Of a stretch of 64,000 bases of DNA, positions 31,527 to 42,038 are shown piece after piece. The notes under the pieces are model-generated. The model was given only the letters and a program-made list of their open reading frames with translations, made no database searches and was not told where the DNA came from. Source of the DNA: an uncultured delta proteobacterium (GTDB lineage: Bacteria > Myxococcota_A > Polyangia > Polyangiales > Polyangiaceae); contig CAWJCS010000005.1 of the NCBI GenBank assembly GCA_963841435.1, positions 1,782,844 to 1,846,843 on the forward strand. Reading direction: 5' to 3'. Made by a program: the position numbers and the translations under genes. Numbering within the stretch: position 1 is the stretch's first letter; every line of letters begins with the position of its first letter.

Positions 31527-32438
31527 GTGACGACCCAACCCCAGCTCGCCTTCGGCACCCCGCGCAAGCTTCCGAAGCCCCAGTCGCTCGCGGGCCGCGT
31601 CGGTGTGCTGGACGTGGCGTTCGCGGGTCTCGGAAAAAGCGGCAGCTTCGAGGTCGTGACGCTGCCGTTCATCGAGGCGCTCGGCCCCCGCCTCGCTGTC
31701 TGGGTCGACCACCACGATCACGGCGAGCACGCCCGCTACGTGCGCGACCCTCGCTTCGTGCTCGCGACGAAGGCCGAGCACGGCGCCTGCCCGGAGATGA
31801 TCGATCCGCCGCTCGTCGAGCGCATCGGGCCGCTCGACACCATCGTCTGCCACACCGACTTCGACGGCCTCGCGAGCGCTGCAAAGTGGCTGCGCGGCGG
31901 CGTCGAATCGTACCCGGGCGCCGACGCGGACGCGCGCGCTATCGACACGCGTCTCGGCACGCCGAGCGCCACCGCCACGCGCTTCGATCGTGCACTGCGA
32001 GCGCGGCCCGGTGACCATGGGCTCTTCGGCGTGATCGTGCGTCACCTCACGGGCGGCCTCGCCGACGTCACGCTCTGGGAGCCCATCGATCGAGCGGGGG
32101 AGGAGCTTCTGCCCATCGAGCGCGAAACGCGTCGTGCGGCGCAGAGCTACCGGCGCTTGCCGCCGGGCGTCGCGATCGTCGACGTGGCGAGTGGCTACGG
32201 CCGCATCGACAAGACGCTCCTGCTCTTGCTCGGGCAGGAGCGCGAGCCGGTCAGCGTCGTCCTCGACCGCGACAACGTGAGCATCGCGGCCCGCTTCGAC
32301 AGCGGGCTCAATTTTCTCCACCTCTTCGATCTCGAGGGCGGCATGCCGACGCGCGTGTCGCTGCCGCGCAAGCGGCTGTCGGACGTGCTGTCGCGCCTCA
32401 AGGTCGATCCGAGTGAAATCGGGGCTCTCTTGCCGTGA
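31527..32438 (+). CDS. DHH-family phosphoesterase-like protein
   Basis: 'LDVAF', 'WVDHHDH', 'HTDFDG'. Confidence 0.65.
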   Translation: MTTQPQLAFGTPRKLPKPQSLAGRVGVLDVAFAGLGKSGSFEVVTLPFIEALGPRLAVWVDHHDHGEHARYVRDPRFVLATKAEHGACPEMIDPPLVERIGPLDTIVCHTDFDGLASAAKWLRGGVESYPGADADARAIDTRLGTPSATATRFDRALRARPGDHGLFGVIVRHLTGGLADVTLWEPIDRAGEELLPIERETRRAAQSYRRLPPGVAIVDVASGYGRIDKTLLLLLGQEREPVSVVLDRDNVSIAARFDSGLNFLHLFDLEGGMPTRVSLPRKRLSDVLSRLKVDPSEIGALLP

Positions 32439-34906
32439 TGCGCGCGCTCCGCTCGGTCGCGCTCGGTTCGTTCGCGCTCGCGGTGCTCGCGTCTCCCGCG
32501 CCCGTGCTCGCGGCCTCGGCGGGGCCCGCCGTCGCGCCCGCCGGCGCCGGCCAAGCGATGCTGGGCGTCGGCTACGACGCAAAGGGGGAGCTTCGCGCCG
32601 ACGTTTGTTCCGCCAAGCCGTGCTCCGTGGAGCGCGGCACGGCGCTCGGTCTGCCTCGCGACCTCGCGCCCAAGTCCGTGCAAGACCGCGCGCGCACTCG
32701 CATCGCAATCATCGGCATCGGCGCCGGCCGTCGCGTCGTCTGGGTCAAGGTCACGAGCACCGATTCTTCGCGCACGTTCGAGGCCGTCGTGGCAGCACCG
32801 CTCGCCGGCAACGCGCCCGTCGTCTTGTTTGCGGGGCTCACCGGCCTCGCGGAGGGGGAGGACGGCGTGCGGCACGGCGGCATGGTCATCGTGGCCGAGC
32901 CGGACGCGACCGGAGCGCGCAGCGTCGCCATCGGCCAAGAGCGCGAGGAAATCTCGTTGTGCGGGCGCCCGACCATCCTCGAGCCGCGCGTCATCGTCGC
33001 GAGCGACCTCTCGCTCCGACCGGCCAAAGTGCAGCGCCTCGCGGCCGAAGAAACCGCCGCTGCGCCGCGCCTCACGGCAACGCGCGTCACCGGGGACGCC
33101 CCGCCGGCCGCCCAGCTCCTGCGCGCCGTGAGCGCCTCGAGCGCGATTGGAGATCCCGCGGCGCTCACCGACGGCAACCCCGAGACGAGCTGGGCCGAGA
33201 ACGTCGGCGGCTCCGGCCGCGGCGAGTTCGTCGTCATGAACGCCCCGGCCGATCTTCCGCTCGAAGGCATCGAGCTCGCGGTGCGTCCCGCGCAAGCGAT
33301 CGTGCCGGGCGGCGCGGCACCGAAGCAGCTCTTCGTCGTCACGAGCAAGAGCATCTTCGCCGTCACGCTGCCCGAGGACGCCTGGAGCGCACCGGGCTCG
33401 CGCTACGCCGTGCGCTTCCCCGAGCCCGTGCGCGACGACTGCCTCGCGGTCGTGCTCGAAAGCGCCTTCGACGAGAAGCCCGACGCGCGCGTCACGCTGT
33501 CCGAGATCGCGGCGCGAACGGCCTTCGACGCAAAAACCGTCGCCGCGCTCGTGCAGGCGCTGCCGGGCGGCGGCCAGGAAGCAGAGCACGCCAAGGCGGT
33601 GCTTCGGGTGCTCGGCAGGCCCGCGCACGAGGCCGTTGCCGCCGCATTTTCCGGGCTCGACGAGGGCGGGCGTCGCGTCGCGCTCGAGGTGCTCGACGGC
33701 GCAAGCTGTGACCTAAGCGCGGCGCCGTACGTGGAAGCCCTCGGCGGCCCGTACCCCGCGCAGAGCACGCACGCGCTCGACCACCTGTCCAAGTGCGGCG
33801 CCGAGGCCGCACCCCTGCTCGCCGCGCGCCTCCAGGTCGAAAAGGGTCGCGCCTTCGCCGACCTCGCCGACCAGATCGCGCGTATTGCGCCAGCCGAGGC
33901 CGTCGGGATCTTCCTGCCGCTCATGACCGAGCGAGCGGTCTCGCGTCGCGCCGCGATGCGCACGGCCCTCGGCCGTATCGCCGGAAATCGCCTCGCACAG
34001 GCCTCCTTCCGCAGGGCGTTTGCCGACCCGGCGACACCCCGCGTCGCGTTGCTCGACCTCTTGCGCTCGGCGGGTGCCGAGGCGCCGTCGCTCGCTCCCG
34101 AATCCAAGCAGGCGCTCGGCCGGCTGAGCAGCGGCACGCTCTCGTTTCGCGAGCGCTACCTCGGCGTCGAGCCCACGTCGGCGTTGGCTGGTATTTCGAA
34201 GGAGGCGCATGCGGCGCTCGAGCGCGCCCTCGTGGCCGATCCGGACGCTCGCGTGCGCGCTGCAGCCGCTCGCTCCGTCCGCGACGCGCGTGGCTTTCAG
34301 CTCGCCCTCGTCCGCGCCCTGACCGACGACTCCATGCGCGTCCGCCTGGAAGCGACGCACGCGCTGGCGGGCGCGCCGAACGGCGTCGCGACCACGGCCC
34401 TGCTCGGCCGCCTCGACGGCGACCCGTGGCCCACGGTGCGAGCCCGCGCCGCAGCGGCGCTCGGAGCCGCCTCACCCGCCGCCGCCACCGACGAGCGCCT
34501 CGCTCGCGCGCTCGGCGACGATTCTTGGTTCGTGCGGCGCGCGGTTCTCGGTGCGCTCGGCTCGCGAGGCGCCCGCGCTCACGCGGACATCGTGCTCGAG
34601 CGGCTCGACGACGCGGAAGAGTGGCCCGACGTCCGGCGCATGGCCGCCCGCGCCCTCGGTGAGCTCTGCTACGAGCCGGCGCTCGGCACGCTCACCCAGC
34701 ACGCGCGCCGTCTCGCCGATCCGTACGCCGCGAGCGACGAACGGGGCATCGCCTTCGCCGCGCTCGGCGCGCTGCGCGACATCGCCCCGGCGGATCTCCA
34801 AAAGCGCCTCGCCCCATTGCTCGATCGCCGCGCCCCCTCCGGCGCGCGCGCGGCCGCCAGCGCCGCCGTGCAAGAACGCTCGTCGCGCTGCCGCCCGCGC
34901 CGCTGA
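32435..34906 (+). CDS. Secreted HEAT-repeat protein
   Basis: Signal peptide; 'LTDGNPETSWAE' discoidin-like motif; repeated 'D....VR..AA.AL'. Confidence 0.75.
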   Translation: MMRALRSVALGSFALAVLASPAPVLAASAGPAVAPAGAGQAMLGVGYDAKGELRADVCSAKPCSVERGTALGLPRDLAPKSVQDRARTRIAIIGIGAGRRVVWVKVTSTDSSRTFEAVVAAPLAGNAPVVLFAGLTGLAEGEDGVRHGGMVIVAEPDATGARSVAIGQEREEISLCGRPTILEPRVIVASDLSLRPAKVQRLAAEETAAAPRLTATRVTGDAPPAAQLLRAVSASSAIGDPAALTDGNPETSWAENVGGSGRGEFVVMNAPADLPLEGIELAVRPAQAIVPGGAAPKQLFVVTSKSIFAVTLPEDAWSAPGSRYAVRFPEPVRDDCLAVVLESAFDEKPDARVTLSEIAARTAFDAKTVAALVQALPGGGQEAEHAKAVLRVLGRPAHEAVAAAFSGLDEGGRRVALEVLDGASCDLSAAPYVEALGGPYPAQSTHALDHLSKCGAEAAPLLAARLQVEKGRAFADLADQIARIAPAEAVGIFLPLMTERAVSRRAAMRTALGRIAGNRLAQASFRRAFADPATPRVALLDLLRSAGAEAPSLAPESKQALGRLSSGTLSFRERYLGVEPTSALAGISKEAHAALERALVADPDARVRAAAARSVRDARGFQLALVRALTDDSMRVRLEATHALAGAPNGVATTALLGRLDGDPWPTVRARAAAALGAASPAAATDERLARALGDDSWFVRRAVLGALGSRGARAHADIVLERLDDAEEWPDVRRMAARALGELCYEPALGTLTQHARRLADPYAASDERGIAFAALGALRDIAPADLQKRLAPLLDRRAPSGARAAASAAVQERSSRCRPRR

Positions 34907-35082
34907 GCCCCCGACGCGGCCAACGCCGTCGTCGAGGAGCGTTTCGGCGCCGCCGCGCCGGTGGGCCCCGTTCGACTTCGGTCGGTTGGATTTGGAGGCG
35001 ACCGCCGGGTCACGCCGTGGCCGGTCGCGGGCCAAGCCGTTCCACGCCGCGTTCCACGCGGCGTTCCTTCTCCGCCCTCCGC

Positions 35083-35526
35083 TCACTCCTCGGCGAGCGC
35101 GAGTGCTTCGAGCGAGCTGACGACGGCGCGCATCGCAGAGCGCGCGCTGCTCTTCTTGCGCGCTTCGGCCTGCTTCTTGGTGGCGCCCGGACCAATCAGA
35201 CCGAGCCCGACGGGCTTTTTGTGCTCGAGGCTGGCCTCGACGAGCGCGCGGTGCACGACGTGCCCCATGACCTCGCCGTGGAGTGTCTCGCCGCGCTCGA
35301 TGAAACCGAGCACGACCACGGCATCAACGTCTCGCCGCCCGAGCAGCTTGCGCGTCACGAGCGGCGTCTCGTACGCCCCCGGCACGCGCACCGTGCGCAC
35401 GACGCGGGCGCCGAGCTGCTTCGCCTCGTTTGCCGCGGTAAACAGCATCGCGTCGGCCAGTGAACGGTGGAACTCCGCCACCACGAAGGCGACGCGCGGC
35501 TGCTTGACGGGGGGCACGCTCGGCAT
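35083..35526 (-). CDS. ribH: 6,7-dimethyl-8-ribityllumazine synthase
   Basis: 'VVAEFH', 'VPGAYETP', 'GETLH'. Confidence 0.88.
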   Translation of the reverse strand: MPSVPPVKQPRVAFVVAEFHRSLADAMLFTAANEAKQLGARVVRTVRVPGAYETPLVTRKLLGRRDVDAVVVLGFIERGETLHGEVMGHVVHRALVEASLEHKKPVGLGLIGPGATKKQAEARKKSSARSAMRAVVSSLEALALAEE

Positions 35527-35527
35527 G

Positions 35528-36364
35528 CTAGACGAGCCCCCGGGTCCAAGCCAAAAGCTCGGTGCTGCCGGCTTCGAGCGGCAGACCCTGCGGCGCGCGA
35601 ACGAGCTGCCAGCGCGTGGTCCAGACGGAGCTCTCTCCGGGCTCGAGCGCGATGTACGGGCCCTGCTGCTCGACCTCGACGAACAGCCCCGTGTGGTCAA
35701 CGTAAATTTCGACCTCCGCTTCCGTCGGCGCCTGCTTCTCGCGCGGCACATCGGGAAACGTCTTCAAGAACAGGAGGTCGCCGTCGAGATGGGCGAGCCA
35801 GCCCTCGGCGCCATCCGCGAAGGACTTCGCGTTCGCCGTCATGGTCGCCGGGTCGTGGCGGAGCCAGGCGACGCCGCCCAGAGGCTCGATGACGAGCGTC
35901 GACCCGGCGAGCTTCGGCCCCGCGTTCGGGTGAAAGGTAAGCCCGCCGGGTCGCACGCGCGAGTTTTGCCACGCAGCGACGCTCCGCCGCGCCCTCCCGT
36001 GGTTCGTCAGCGTGTACTCGAAGCACACGCCGCGCGGCGCGGGTCGCACGCGCTGCGTCGCCGAAAGCCCGAGCGCCGCTTCGATCTCACTTTCGAGCAC
36101 GAGCGCATCGCCGTCGAGCCGGGCTTGCCAGGGTCGCGACTCGAACGCCGCGGGGGGCGGCCAGTCCCAGTCGCGTTGCGGGCTCGGCCAGAACGACGAG
36201 CCGTAGGCCGGGCACCCCGGGGCACGCTCGACGAGCACGTTGTGTCCGTCGAGCGCGAGCTCGACCGGTCGTCCGCCGTCACCCGGGTCGATGGCGAACG
36301 AGAGCCCCGCTGTCTCGTGGCGATAGCGGTCCCCCACGAGCTCGAAGGAAGGGCTCTTCACCAT
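35528..36364 (-). CDS. DUF4380/aldose-epimerase-fold protein
   Basis: 'GSSFWPSPQ..W.WPP', 'EVEQQGPY..LEPGE'. Confidence 0.65.
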   Translation of the reverse strand: MVKSPSFELVGDRYRHETAGLSFAIDPGDGGRPVELALDGHNVLVERAPGCPAYGSSFWPSPQRDWDWPPPAAFESRPWQARLDGDALVLESEIEAALGLSATQRVRPAPRGVCFEYTLTNHGRARRSVAAWQNSRVRPGGLTFHPNAGPKLAGSTLVIEPLGGVAWLRHDPATMTANAKSFADGAEGWLAHLDGDLLFLKTFPDVPREKQAPTEAEVEIYVDHTGLFVEVEQQGPYIALEPGESSVWTTRWQLVRAPQGLPLEAGSTELLAWTRGLV

Positions 36365-36531
36365 TCGACCACGACACCATAGCCGGGTGGACCGTGAAAA
36401 CCCAAGTGCCACGGCCCACGTTCGGAGCACTCACGGCCGCGTCCGCCGTGCGCTGCCGCTCTGCTTTCACGGCCAACTCGCCCAGCGCCGGGCGCTCGAA
36501 GATGGCGCGGCGGCTCGGGTCCGCGAGCGCC

Positions 36532-36987
36532 TCACGCCTCGCTGGCGCGCCGGAGCCTCCAGCCGCCGCCGCACTGCCGCTCACGGAACGCTTCGCGGTA
36601 CTCGCTCCGCGCGTCCGTTCGCAAGAGCTCGCACGGGTCGAACCAATGCTTCGTCGTGGCGCGCGCGAGGATGGGGCCGAGCGTGCCCGAAAACTCGGGG
36701 TTCTCCGGGCAGCGCAGGTGCCAGAGCGCGGAGGCTGCGGGGACGTCGGCGAAACACGAGACTTCCTTCACGCCACCGTTGCAGTTCGTGGCGACGACGA
36801 GAATGGGCCCTGGCAAACCCTCGCTCGGTGCTCGTACGCGGATCACGACGTCGTGATGAAATTCCCCTTGCTGAAAGTGGTCGACGAGCTCGTAGCCGCC
36901 AAAGCGCTCGCGCACTCGCTCGAGCAACGCTCCCAGCACCAGCGTGTCGGCGAGCTCGCGAACCTCCCGATCACCGTGCCCGAGCAT
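36532..36987 (-). CDS. Hypothetical protein
   Basis: Coding-like ORF with 'QGEFHHD', 'TNCNGGVKE'. Confidence 0.65.
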   Translation of the reverse strand: MLGHGDREVRELADTLVLGALLERVRERFGGYELVDHFQQGEFHHDVVIRVRAPSEGLPGPILVVATNCNGGVKEVSCFADVPAASALWHLRCPENPEFSGTLGPILARATTKHWFDPCELLRTDARSEYREAFRERQCGGGWRLRRASEA

Positions 36988-37030
36988 GCTGCGAAGCATA
37001 GCAGACCCGGATGCACCTCGAGCCGGTGGC

Positions 37031-38266
37031 TCATCGCGCGTCGGGAATCGACAGCCGGCGCTCGAGCAGCTCGCGAACGTGCTCCGTGGGCGCTGTCGCG
37101 AGGGCGCGTTCGCGGTAGTCCGCGGCGCGCTCGTCGTTGCCGGCGCGGCGGTGAAGGTCAGCGAGCACGGAAGCCCAGAGGTAGCTCCCCGAAAGCCACG
37201 TCGGCGGCTCCAGGCCCGTCAGCAGCTCGAGCCCGGCATGCGGCCCGCGTGCCTCCGCGGTCGCGACGGCCCGATTCAGCGTGTGGAGCGGCGAGGGATC
37301 GATGCGCTCCAGCATGGCGTAGAGGCCCGCGATCTCGTCCCAGCGCGTCGCGGCAAACGAGGGAGCCAGGCAATGCTCCGCGGCAATGGCCGCCTCCACG
37401 TGATAGCGCCCGGGCGCCTCGCCCCCGGCCGAGCGTGCGAGCCACTGGATGCCCTCGGCAATCCGCTCGGAGTCCCACAGGCTCCGGTCCTGCTCTTCCA
37501 GGAGCAAGAGGCCGCCCGCGGCGTCGTGCCGAGACGACAGGCGCGCGTCATGCAGGTGCATCAGCGCGAGCAGCGCACACGTCTCGGGTGCAGCGCCCAC
37601 GGGGTGGGACGCGAGCAGCGTGCCGAGCCGGATGGCCTCGTCGCACAGCTCGCGGCGGACGGCCTGCTCGGCACGCGCGGACAGGTAGCCCTCGTTGAAC
37701 AGCGTGTAGATCACCGCATGCACACCGGGGAGTCGCGACCGCGACTGGTCGAGGGGCGGCGTGTCCGTTTCCAGTGCGCTCTCACGAAGTCGCTCCCGCG
37801 CGCGTGCGAGCCGCTTGTGAACGTTGGCTTCGCTCGTGAAGAGCCGGAGCGCGATCTCCGCCGTGCTGAACCCGCACAAGGTCTTCAGTGCGATGACGAG
37901 CTGCGATTCTCGCGGAATGCGCGCGTCGCAGCACACGAACAGCATTCGCAAGAGCTCGTCCTTCACTTCGGGGCCGAGCGCCGGCTCCTCGGCAGCCAGG
38001 GGTGGCGGCGCCGGCTCGTGCTCACGCTCGAGAAGGCGCGCGCGCCCCTGGGCCTTTCGGAGCGTGCCGATCAGCTGGTTGTGCGCGACGCGATAGAGCC
38101 AGGCCGAAGGCTCGGGCGGCACGCCCTTTTCGGCCCAGGCCATGAGCGCCGCGAGCAGGGCTGCCTGCACCGCGTCCTCGACCTCCTCCAAACGCTCGAA
38201 GCCCACCCGGCGCACCAGGACGGCGACGAGCTCACCGTACCGGTGACGGAAGAAGTGCTCCACCAA
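37031..38266 (-). CDS. ECF sigma-70 factor with C-terminal extension (DUF6596-type)
   Basis: 'EDAVQAAL', 'AWLYRVAHN', 'LRMLFVCC', 'LFNEGY'; follows a YciI gene; start approximate. Confidence 0.85.
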   Translation of the reverse strand: MVEHFFRHRYGELVAVLVRRVGFERLEEVEDAVQAALLAALMAWAEKGVPPEPSAWLYRVAHNQLIGTLRKAQGRARLLEREHEPAPPPLAAEEPALGPEVKDELLRMLFVCCDARIPRESQLVIALKTLCGFSTAEIALRLFTSEANVHKRLARARERLRESALETDTPPLDQSRSRLPGVHAVIYTLFNEGYLSARAEQAVRRELCDEAIRLGTLLASHPVGAAPETCALLALMHLHDARLSSRHDAAGGLLLLEEQDRSLWDSERIAEGIQWLARSAGGEAPGRYHVEAAIAAEHCLAPSFAATRWDEIAGLYAMLERIDPSPLHTLNRAVATAEARGPHAGLELLTGLEPPTWLSGSYLWASVLADLHRRAGNDERAADYRERALATAPTEHVRELLERRLSIPDAR

Positions 38267-38313
38267 CCCGGGCGGTGACGCCGGGCGGTCTGCGCCGGGT
38301 GGGCTGCCCTCGG

Positions 38314-38655
38314 TCAGCCGCTCACCATCTCGCGAATTTCGATGGACGTGCCGGGCGACTGGGTGCCCGGACAGGCGGCCGCGACCTCGGCGGCCCGTTC
38401 GTAACTCGGCGCCGACAGGATCATGAAGCCGCCCACGACCTCCTTGGCTTCCACGAAAGGTCCGTCCGCCACGCCGGCGGGCGTGAGCACGCGCCCGTCG
38501 GGCTTCAGCTTGGCCCCGAGGTCGAGGATCTCGGCCCTGAACGTCTCCATCCAGCTCTTGAACGACCCATACATCGCCTGCATCTCTTCTGGAGACGGCG
38601 CCTTTCCCTGGCCGGGCGTGCTTCGCAGCAACACCAAAAACTTCCGATTCGACAT
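38314..38655 (-). CDS. YciI-family protein
   Basis: 'DGPFVEAKEVVGGF', 'IEIRE'. Confidence 0.88.
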   Translation of the reverse strand: MSNRKFLVLLRSTPGQGKAPSPEEMQAMYGSFKSWMETFRAEILDLGAKLKPDGRVLTPAGVADGPFVEAKEVVGGFMILSAPSYERAAEVAAACPGTQSPGTSIEIREMVSG

Positions 38656-38824
38656 CGATACCTCCTGATTGACGAGCGAGCATGGTGCGTCGCTCCCTCC
38701 CAACGCGCCAGCACTCCCCGACTGGACACACTTTCCACACTTTTCAGCGGACCCCGCCCCGCCGCGGGCGCTCGCGGACGACGAGAGGACGGTTGTCGCA
38801 CAGGAGCGCGAGCGCCGCGACTCG

Positions 38825-39625
38825 TCAGGTGGCGGTGCCGCGCGCTGCCAGGGCCCGGGCTCGGAGCTCGATGGGTTGACCCTCGGGGGGCCTGAGTCGA
38901 CGTTCGAGACGCGTTCTCAGAAGCTCGCGCTGTGCCGGCTCGAGCGAGGCGACGTAGCTCGGCGCCGGTCCGCTCCGCCCCAGGAACGGCTTCCAATAGT
39001 CGTCGAAGCTCGCAAACGTGGTCGGTATGTCGAGGGTCGTCGCCTGCACGTCCGCCAATCCCGCCGAGCGAAATCGAGCCTCCATGGTGGCCGCGTCCCA
39101 ACTCCGAAAGCGCTGCCCTTCGTCGAGCGAGGCGGCATCGGCGCTCAGCGAAACGGCCTCCTCCCAGAAGTATTTCAGGAGCTCCATCCCGCCGCCGTAG
39201 TCCCAGACGTACGCGGCGACGGTGCCGCCGGCGCGGGTGCGAGCCCGCATCACGCCGAGCGTGTCCGACGGATCCGCCACGAAGTTCAACACCAGCCCCG
39301 AGACGACGGCATCGAACCCCCCGGGACGGCTCGGGAGAGCGTTCGCTCCGCTGATGACCTCGAACTCGGATGCTGGCGGCAGCGACTTCCGCGCGTGCTC
39401 GATGAAAGCCGCCGACGTGTCGCAGGCGACCACCGAAGCTGGTCGGCGATGGTCGAAGAGGGTCGCCGTGAGCGCGCCCGTCCCGCATCCGACCTCGAGC
39501 CAATGCCCTCCCTCTTTCAGGCCCAACCAGTCGAGAAATTGCCCGGCGATGAGGCGGCTCCATCGCCCCATGTAGGCGTCGTACGCGTCACCAGCCGCCC
39601 AACCGTCACCGGACGTTTCCGTCAT
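38825..39625 (-). CDS. Class I SAM methyltransferase
   Basis: 'YDAYMGRWS', 'LEVGCGTG'. Confidence 0.85.
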   Translation of the reverse strand: MTETSGDGWAAGDAYDAYMGRWSRLIAGQFLDWLGLKEGGHWLEVGCGTGALTATLFDHRRPASVVACDTSAAFIEHARKSLPPASEFEVISGANALPSRPGGFDAVVSGLVLNFVADPSDTLGVMRARTRAGGTVAAYVWDYGGGMELLKYFWEEAVSLSADAASLDEGQRFRSWDAATMEARFRSAGLADVQATTLDIPTTFASFDDYWKPFLGRSGPAPSYVASLEPAQRELLRTRLERRLRPPEGQPIELRARALAARGTAT

Positions 39626-39639
39626 CGCGCCCTTCTCGC

Positions 39640-40086
39640 TCACGCGTAGGCACCGAGGACCGGCTGCTGGGCTTTGAACTCGGCCGGCGCGTCTCGAGCC
39701 CAGGGATAGCGGCCTGCGCGGTCCGGCCAGACGCACTGCAGCGCTTCGAACTCATCGCCCTGATAGAACCAACAGGCGTAGCCGAGGAAATCCCGGTACG
39801 CGGCCCTGGGGAACGGGAGCAGCCTGCACGAATGACCTTCGAGGAGCTCGCTCGCGACGGCGCCCTGCTCGTAGCGACGCCCCGCCTTGATGGCGTCGCC
39901 CGCGAGATTCAGGACCGAATGCATCACGTCGAGTGGAAGCCCGAACATGATGAGCTCGGGGTGCCCAAAGCGTCGTGAAAGGCCGATGGTGAACGCAAAC
40001 GCGGGCCCGATCGAGTCCCCCACCACTTTGACGACGTGCCAGCCGAACACTTCGAAGTCATGCAGGATCTTCTCGTCGGGGGTCAT
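39640..40086 (-). CDS. DUF4262 protein
   Basis: 'FAFTIGL...GHPELI..GL', 'LQCVWPD..GRYPW'. Confidence 0.8.
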   Translation of the reverse strand: MTPDEKILHDFEVFGWHVVKVVGDSIGPAFAFTIGLSRRFGHPELIMFGLPLDVMHSVLNLAGDAIKAGRRYEQGAVASELLEGHSCRLLPFPRAAYRDFLGYACWFYQGDEFEALQCVWPDRAGRYPWARDAPAEFKAQQPVLGAYA

Positions 40087-40171
40087 GGCCGCGCGAGCAA
40101 CGTACCGGCGTTCAAGCGGGGGCGCCAGAGGCTCCGCCCTCAGAGCGCGCAGCAGCCATGACATAGGAGCC

Positions 40172-40822
40172 TCAGGAGCACGTCAGCTTCGTGCAGTCGA
40201 GCTCGTCCTCGCCGCCGGGGCAGTCCCTGGTGCCGTCGCAGGCTCGGCTCGCCGGGACGCTCATGGCGTTGCCGCAGTCGACCATGGCGCCCGTGCAGTC
40301 GAGCTCGTCCTCCCCGTCCGCGCAATCCAGCACGCCGTCGCATTGCCAGCCCGCCGGAATGTTCAGGCCGCTATCGCAGGTGAAAGTCCCTTCCGGGCAG
40401 TCCTCGTCCTCGCCACCCGGGCAGTCCGCGAAGCCATCGCACTGAAAGCTCGCCGGGATGCGCGAGCCGTCGCCACACACGAACTCGGGGGGCGGGAGCG
40501 CGGCCTGACAGTCGTCGAGGCACTGCGCGAAATCGTTGAAGCTAGCCGCGCAATACATCGCTTCGATCTCGGCACAGCTCGCCTTCGCGACGCAATCCGT
40601 CGCACACGGCAAGATCGCGTCGTCGTCTTCGCAACCCGCAAACCGAGTGCCGGTGACGACCCCGCAATCGGTCAGCATCCGCACGAACCGCGCACAGGTG
40701 ATCTCTCCGTTGTCAACACCGCCGTCGCTCGAGGCCTCCGGATCTCCAGGCGCGCCGGCGGAACAGGCGACGACGAGCGCCGCGCCGATCCCCGAGATCG
40801 TCCAGGCGAGTCTCGTTCGCAT
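40172..40822 (-). CDS. Lipoprotein with three LDL-receptor class A-like repeats
   Basis: Lipobox VVAC; three 'C....IP....CDG..DC..GEDE..C'-type repeats. Confidence 0.8.
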   Translation of the reverse strand: MRTRLAWTISGIGAALVVACSAGAPGDPEASSDGGVDNGEITCARFVRMLTDCGVVTGTRFAGCEDDDAILPCATDCVAKASCAEIEAMYCAASFNDFAQCLDDCQAALPPPEFVCGDGSRIPASFQCDGFADCPGGEDEDCPEGTFTCDSGLNIPAGWQCDGVLDCADGEDELDCTGAMVDCGNAMSVPASRACDGTRDCPGGEDELDCTKLTCS

Positions 40823-40847
40823 GGCAGTTTCCTGTAAGCCGGCCCGC

Positions 40848-41792
40848 CTACGGGCTTTGAATGGACGCCGTCGGGTACGCAACGTAGCCCGCCCCGGGAT
40901 CGTCCACGCTGCTCGTTTCGAAGCTCCAGCTGCCGCCGGGTGGAAGGTCCATACTCGCGGTGCTCGTCGCCATGCCGAGCGGTCGTCCGACTCGATTCAC
41001 CGGGAAGATCGAGACCGTCGGGCTGCTCGCGGTGACGTCGAGGCCGTTCGTCAGCGTTCCGGTGTACGTGGTCGCGGGGCCGCTCGTGACGGCTTTCACG
41101 TTCGTCACCTCGAGGCCCTGGATCGGAACGATGCCGTCCACGACGAAGGCCGGGAATCGGTGCTCGAGGCGGCCGAGCTCGTCGATGACGATCGAATCGG
41201 GCAGGTCGGCCGAGCCCGTCATTGCAACTTGCCCGGGGTCGATGCAGTTGATGGCTGCACCCGCGCCACCATCGAGGCGGTAGAGATGCCCGCTCTCGAG
41301 GACGCTCGCCGTGGTCGTCACGAGCGCCTCGGTCATGTCGAAGAAGCTCGTCATCATGCCGCCCTCGCAGACGGGCGTGTCGGCGTCGTTCCTGACGGCG
41401 GCGTAGAGCTCGGGGCCGTTCGAACGCTCGACCAGTGTGAAAGCGACGAGGGTGAGGCCTGCGTCTTCACCGTCCGACGGAGTGTTCGGTAGACCCTCGG
41501 GCACGAACGTCCGGTCGTCGCCGCTCGCGCCGCCCATTCCCGATAGCCCGCTCATTCCTGCTGTCGCCGATCCACCTACACCAGCGCCACTCGTCGTGCC
41601 GCCGGCGGGTTCGAGGGCACCGCCGCTCGCGGATGCTCCTCCAACGGCCGCCTGCCCCCCGTTCGCGAACGAGCCTCCACTGCCCGCCGTGCCCCCCAGT
41701 TCGTCGCCGCCGCCGCCCTCCGAGCACGCGACCGAGCACGCGAAGACCGCGAGCGCGAAAGCGCGCGTGAGGAAAAAGCCCTGCGATTGCAT
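40848..41792 (-). CDS. Hypothetical lipoprotein
   Basis: Lipobox SVAC, Gly-rich linker. Confidence 0.7.
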   Translation of the reverse strand: MQSQGFFLTRAFALAVFACSVACSEGGGGDELGGTAGSGGSFANGGQAAVGGASASGGALEPAGGTTSGAGVGGSATAGMSGLSGMGGASGDDRTFVPEGLPNTPSDGEDAGLTLVAFTLVERSNGPELYAAVRNDADTPVCEGGMMTSFFDMTEALVTTTASVLESGHLYRLDGGAGAAINCIDPGQVAMTGSADLPDSIVIDELGRLEHRFPAFVVDGIVPIQGLEVTNVKAVTSGPATTYTGTLTNGLDVTASSPTVSIFPVNRVGRPLGMATSTASMDLPPGGSWSFETSSVDDPGAGYVAYPTASIQSP

Positions 41793-42038
41793 TTTGACGG
41801 CGGAGGACGACAGCCCCGTTCCTTTTGGGAGCCTAAATCCAAAAGCGACGGCGCGGGCATAGATCAAGGCGCGTGGGTAGGTTGCTCTCGGGCGGTTTCG
41901 ACCGCACCCGTGAGGTTTATCTCGCTCCGAGATTTTCCACACCGGGCGCCGAAACTCCATTGAAGGCCGTGAACGAGAAACCTGCCGTTCGCGCGGTCGC
42001 GTGGACATGAAGTCGGTTCCGTTCGTCGTGAGGTAGCA

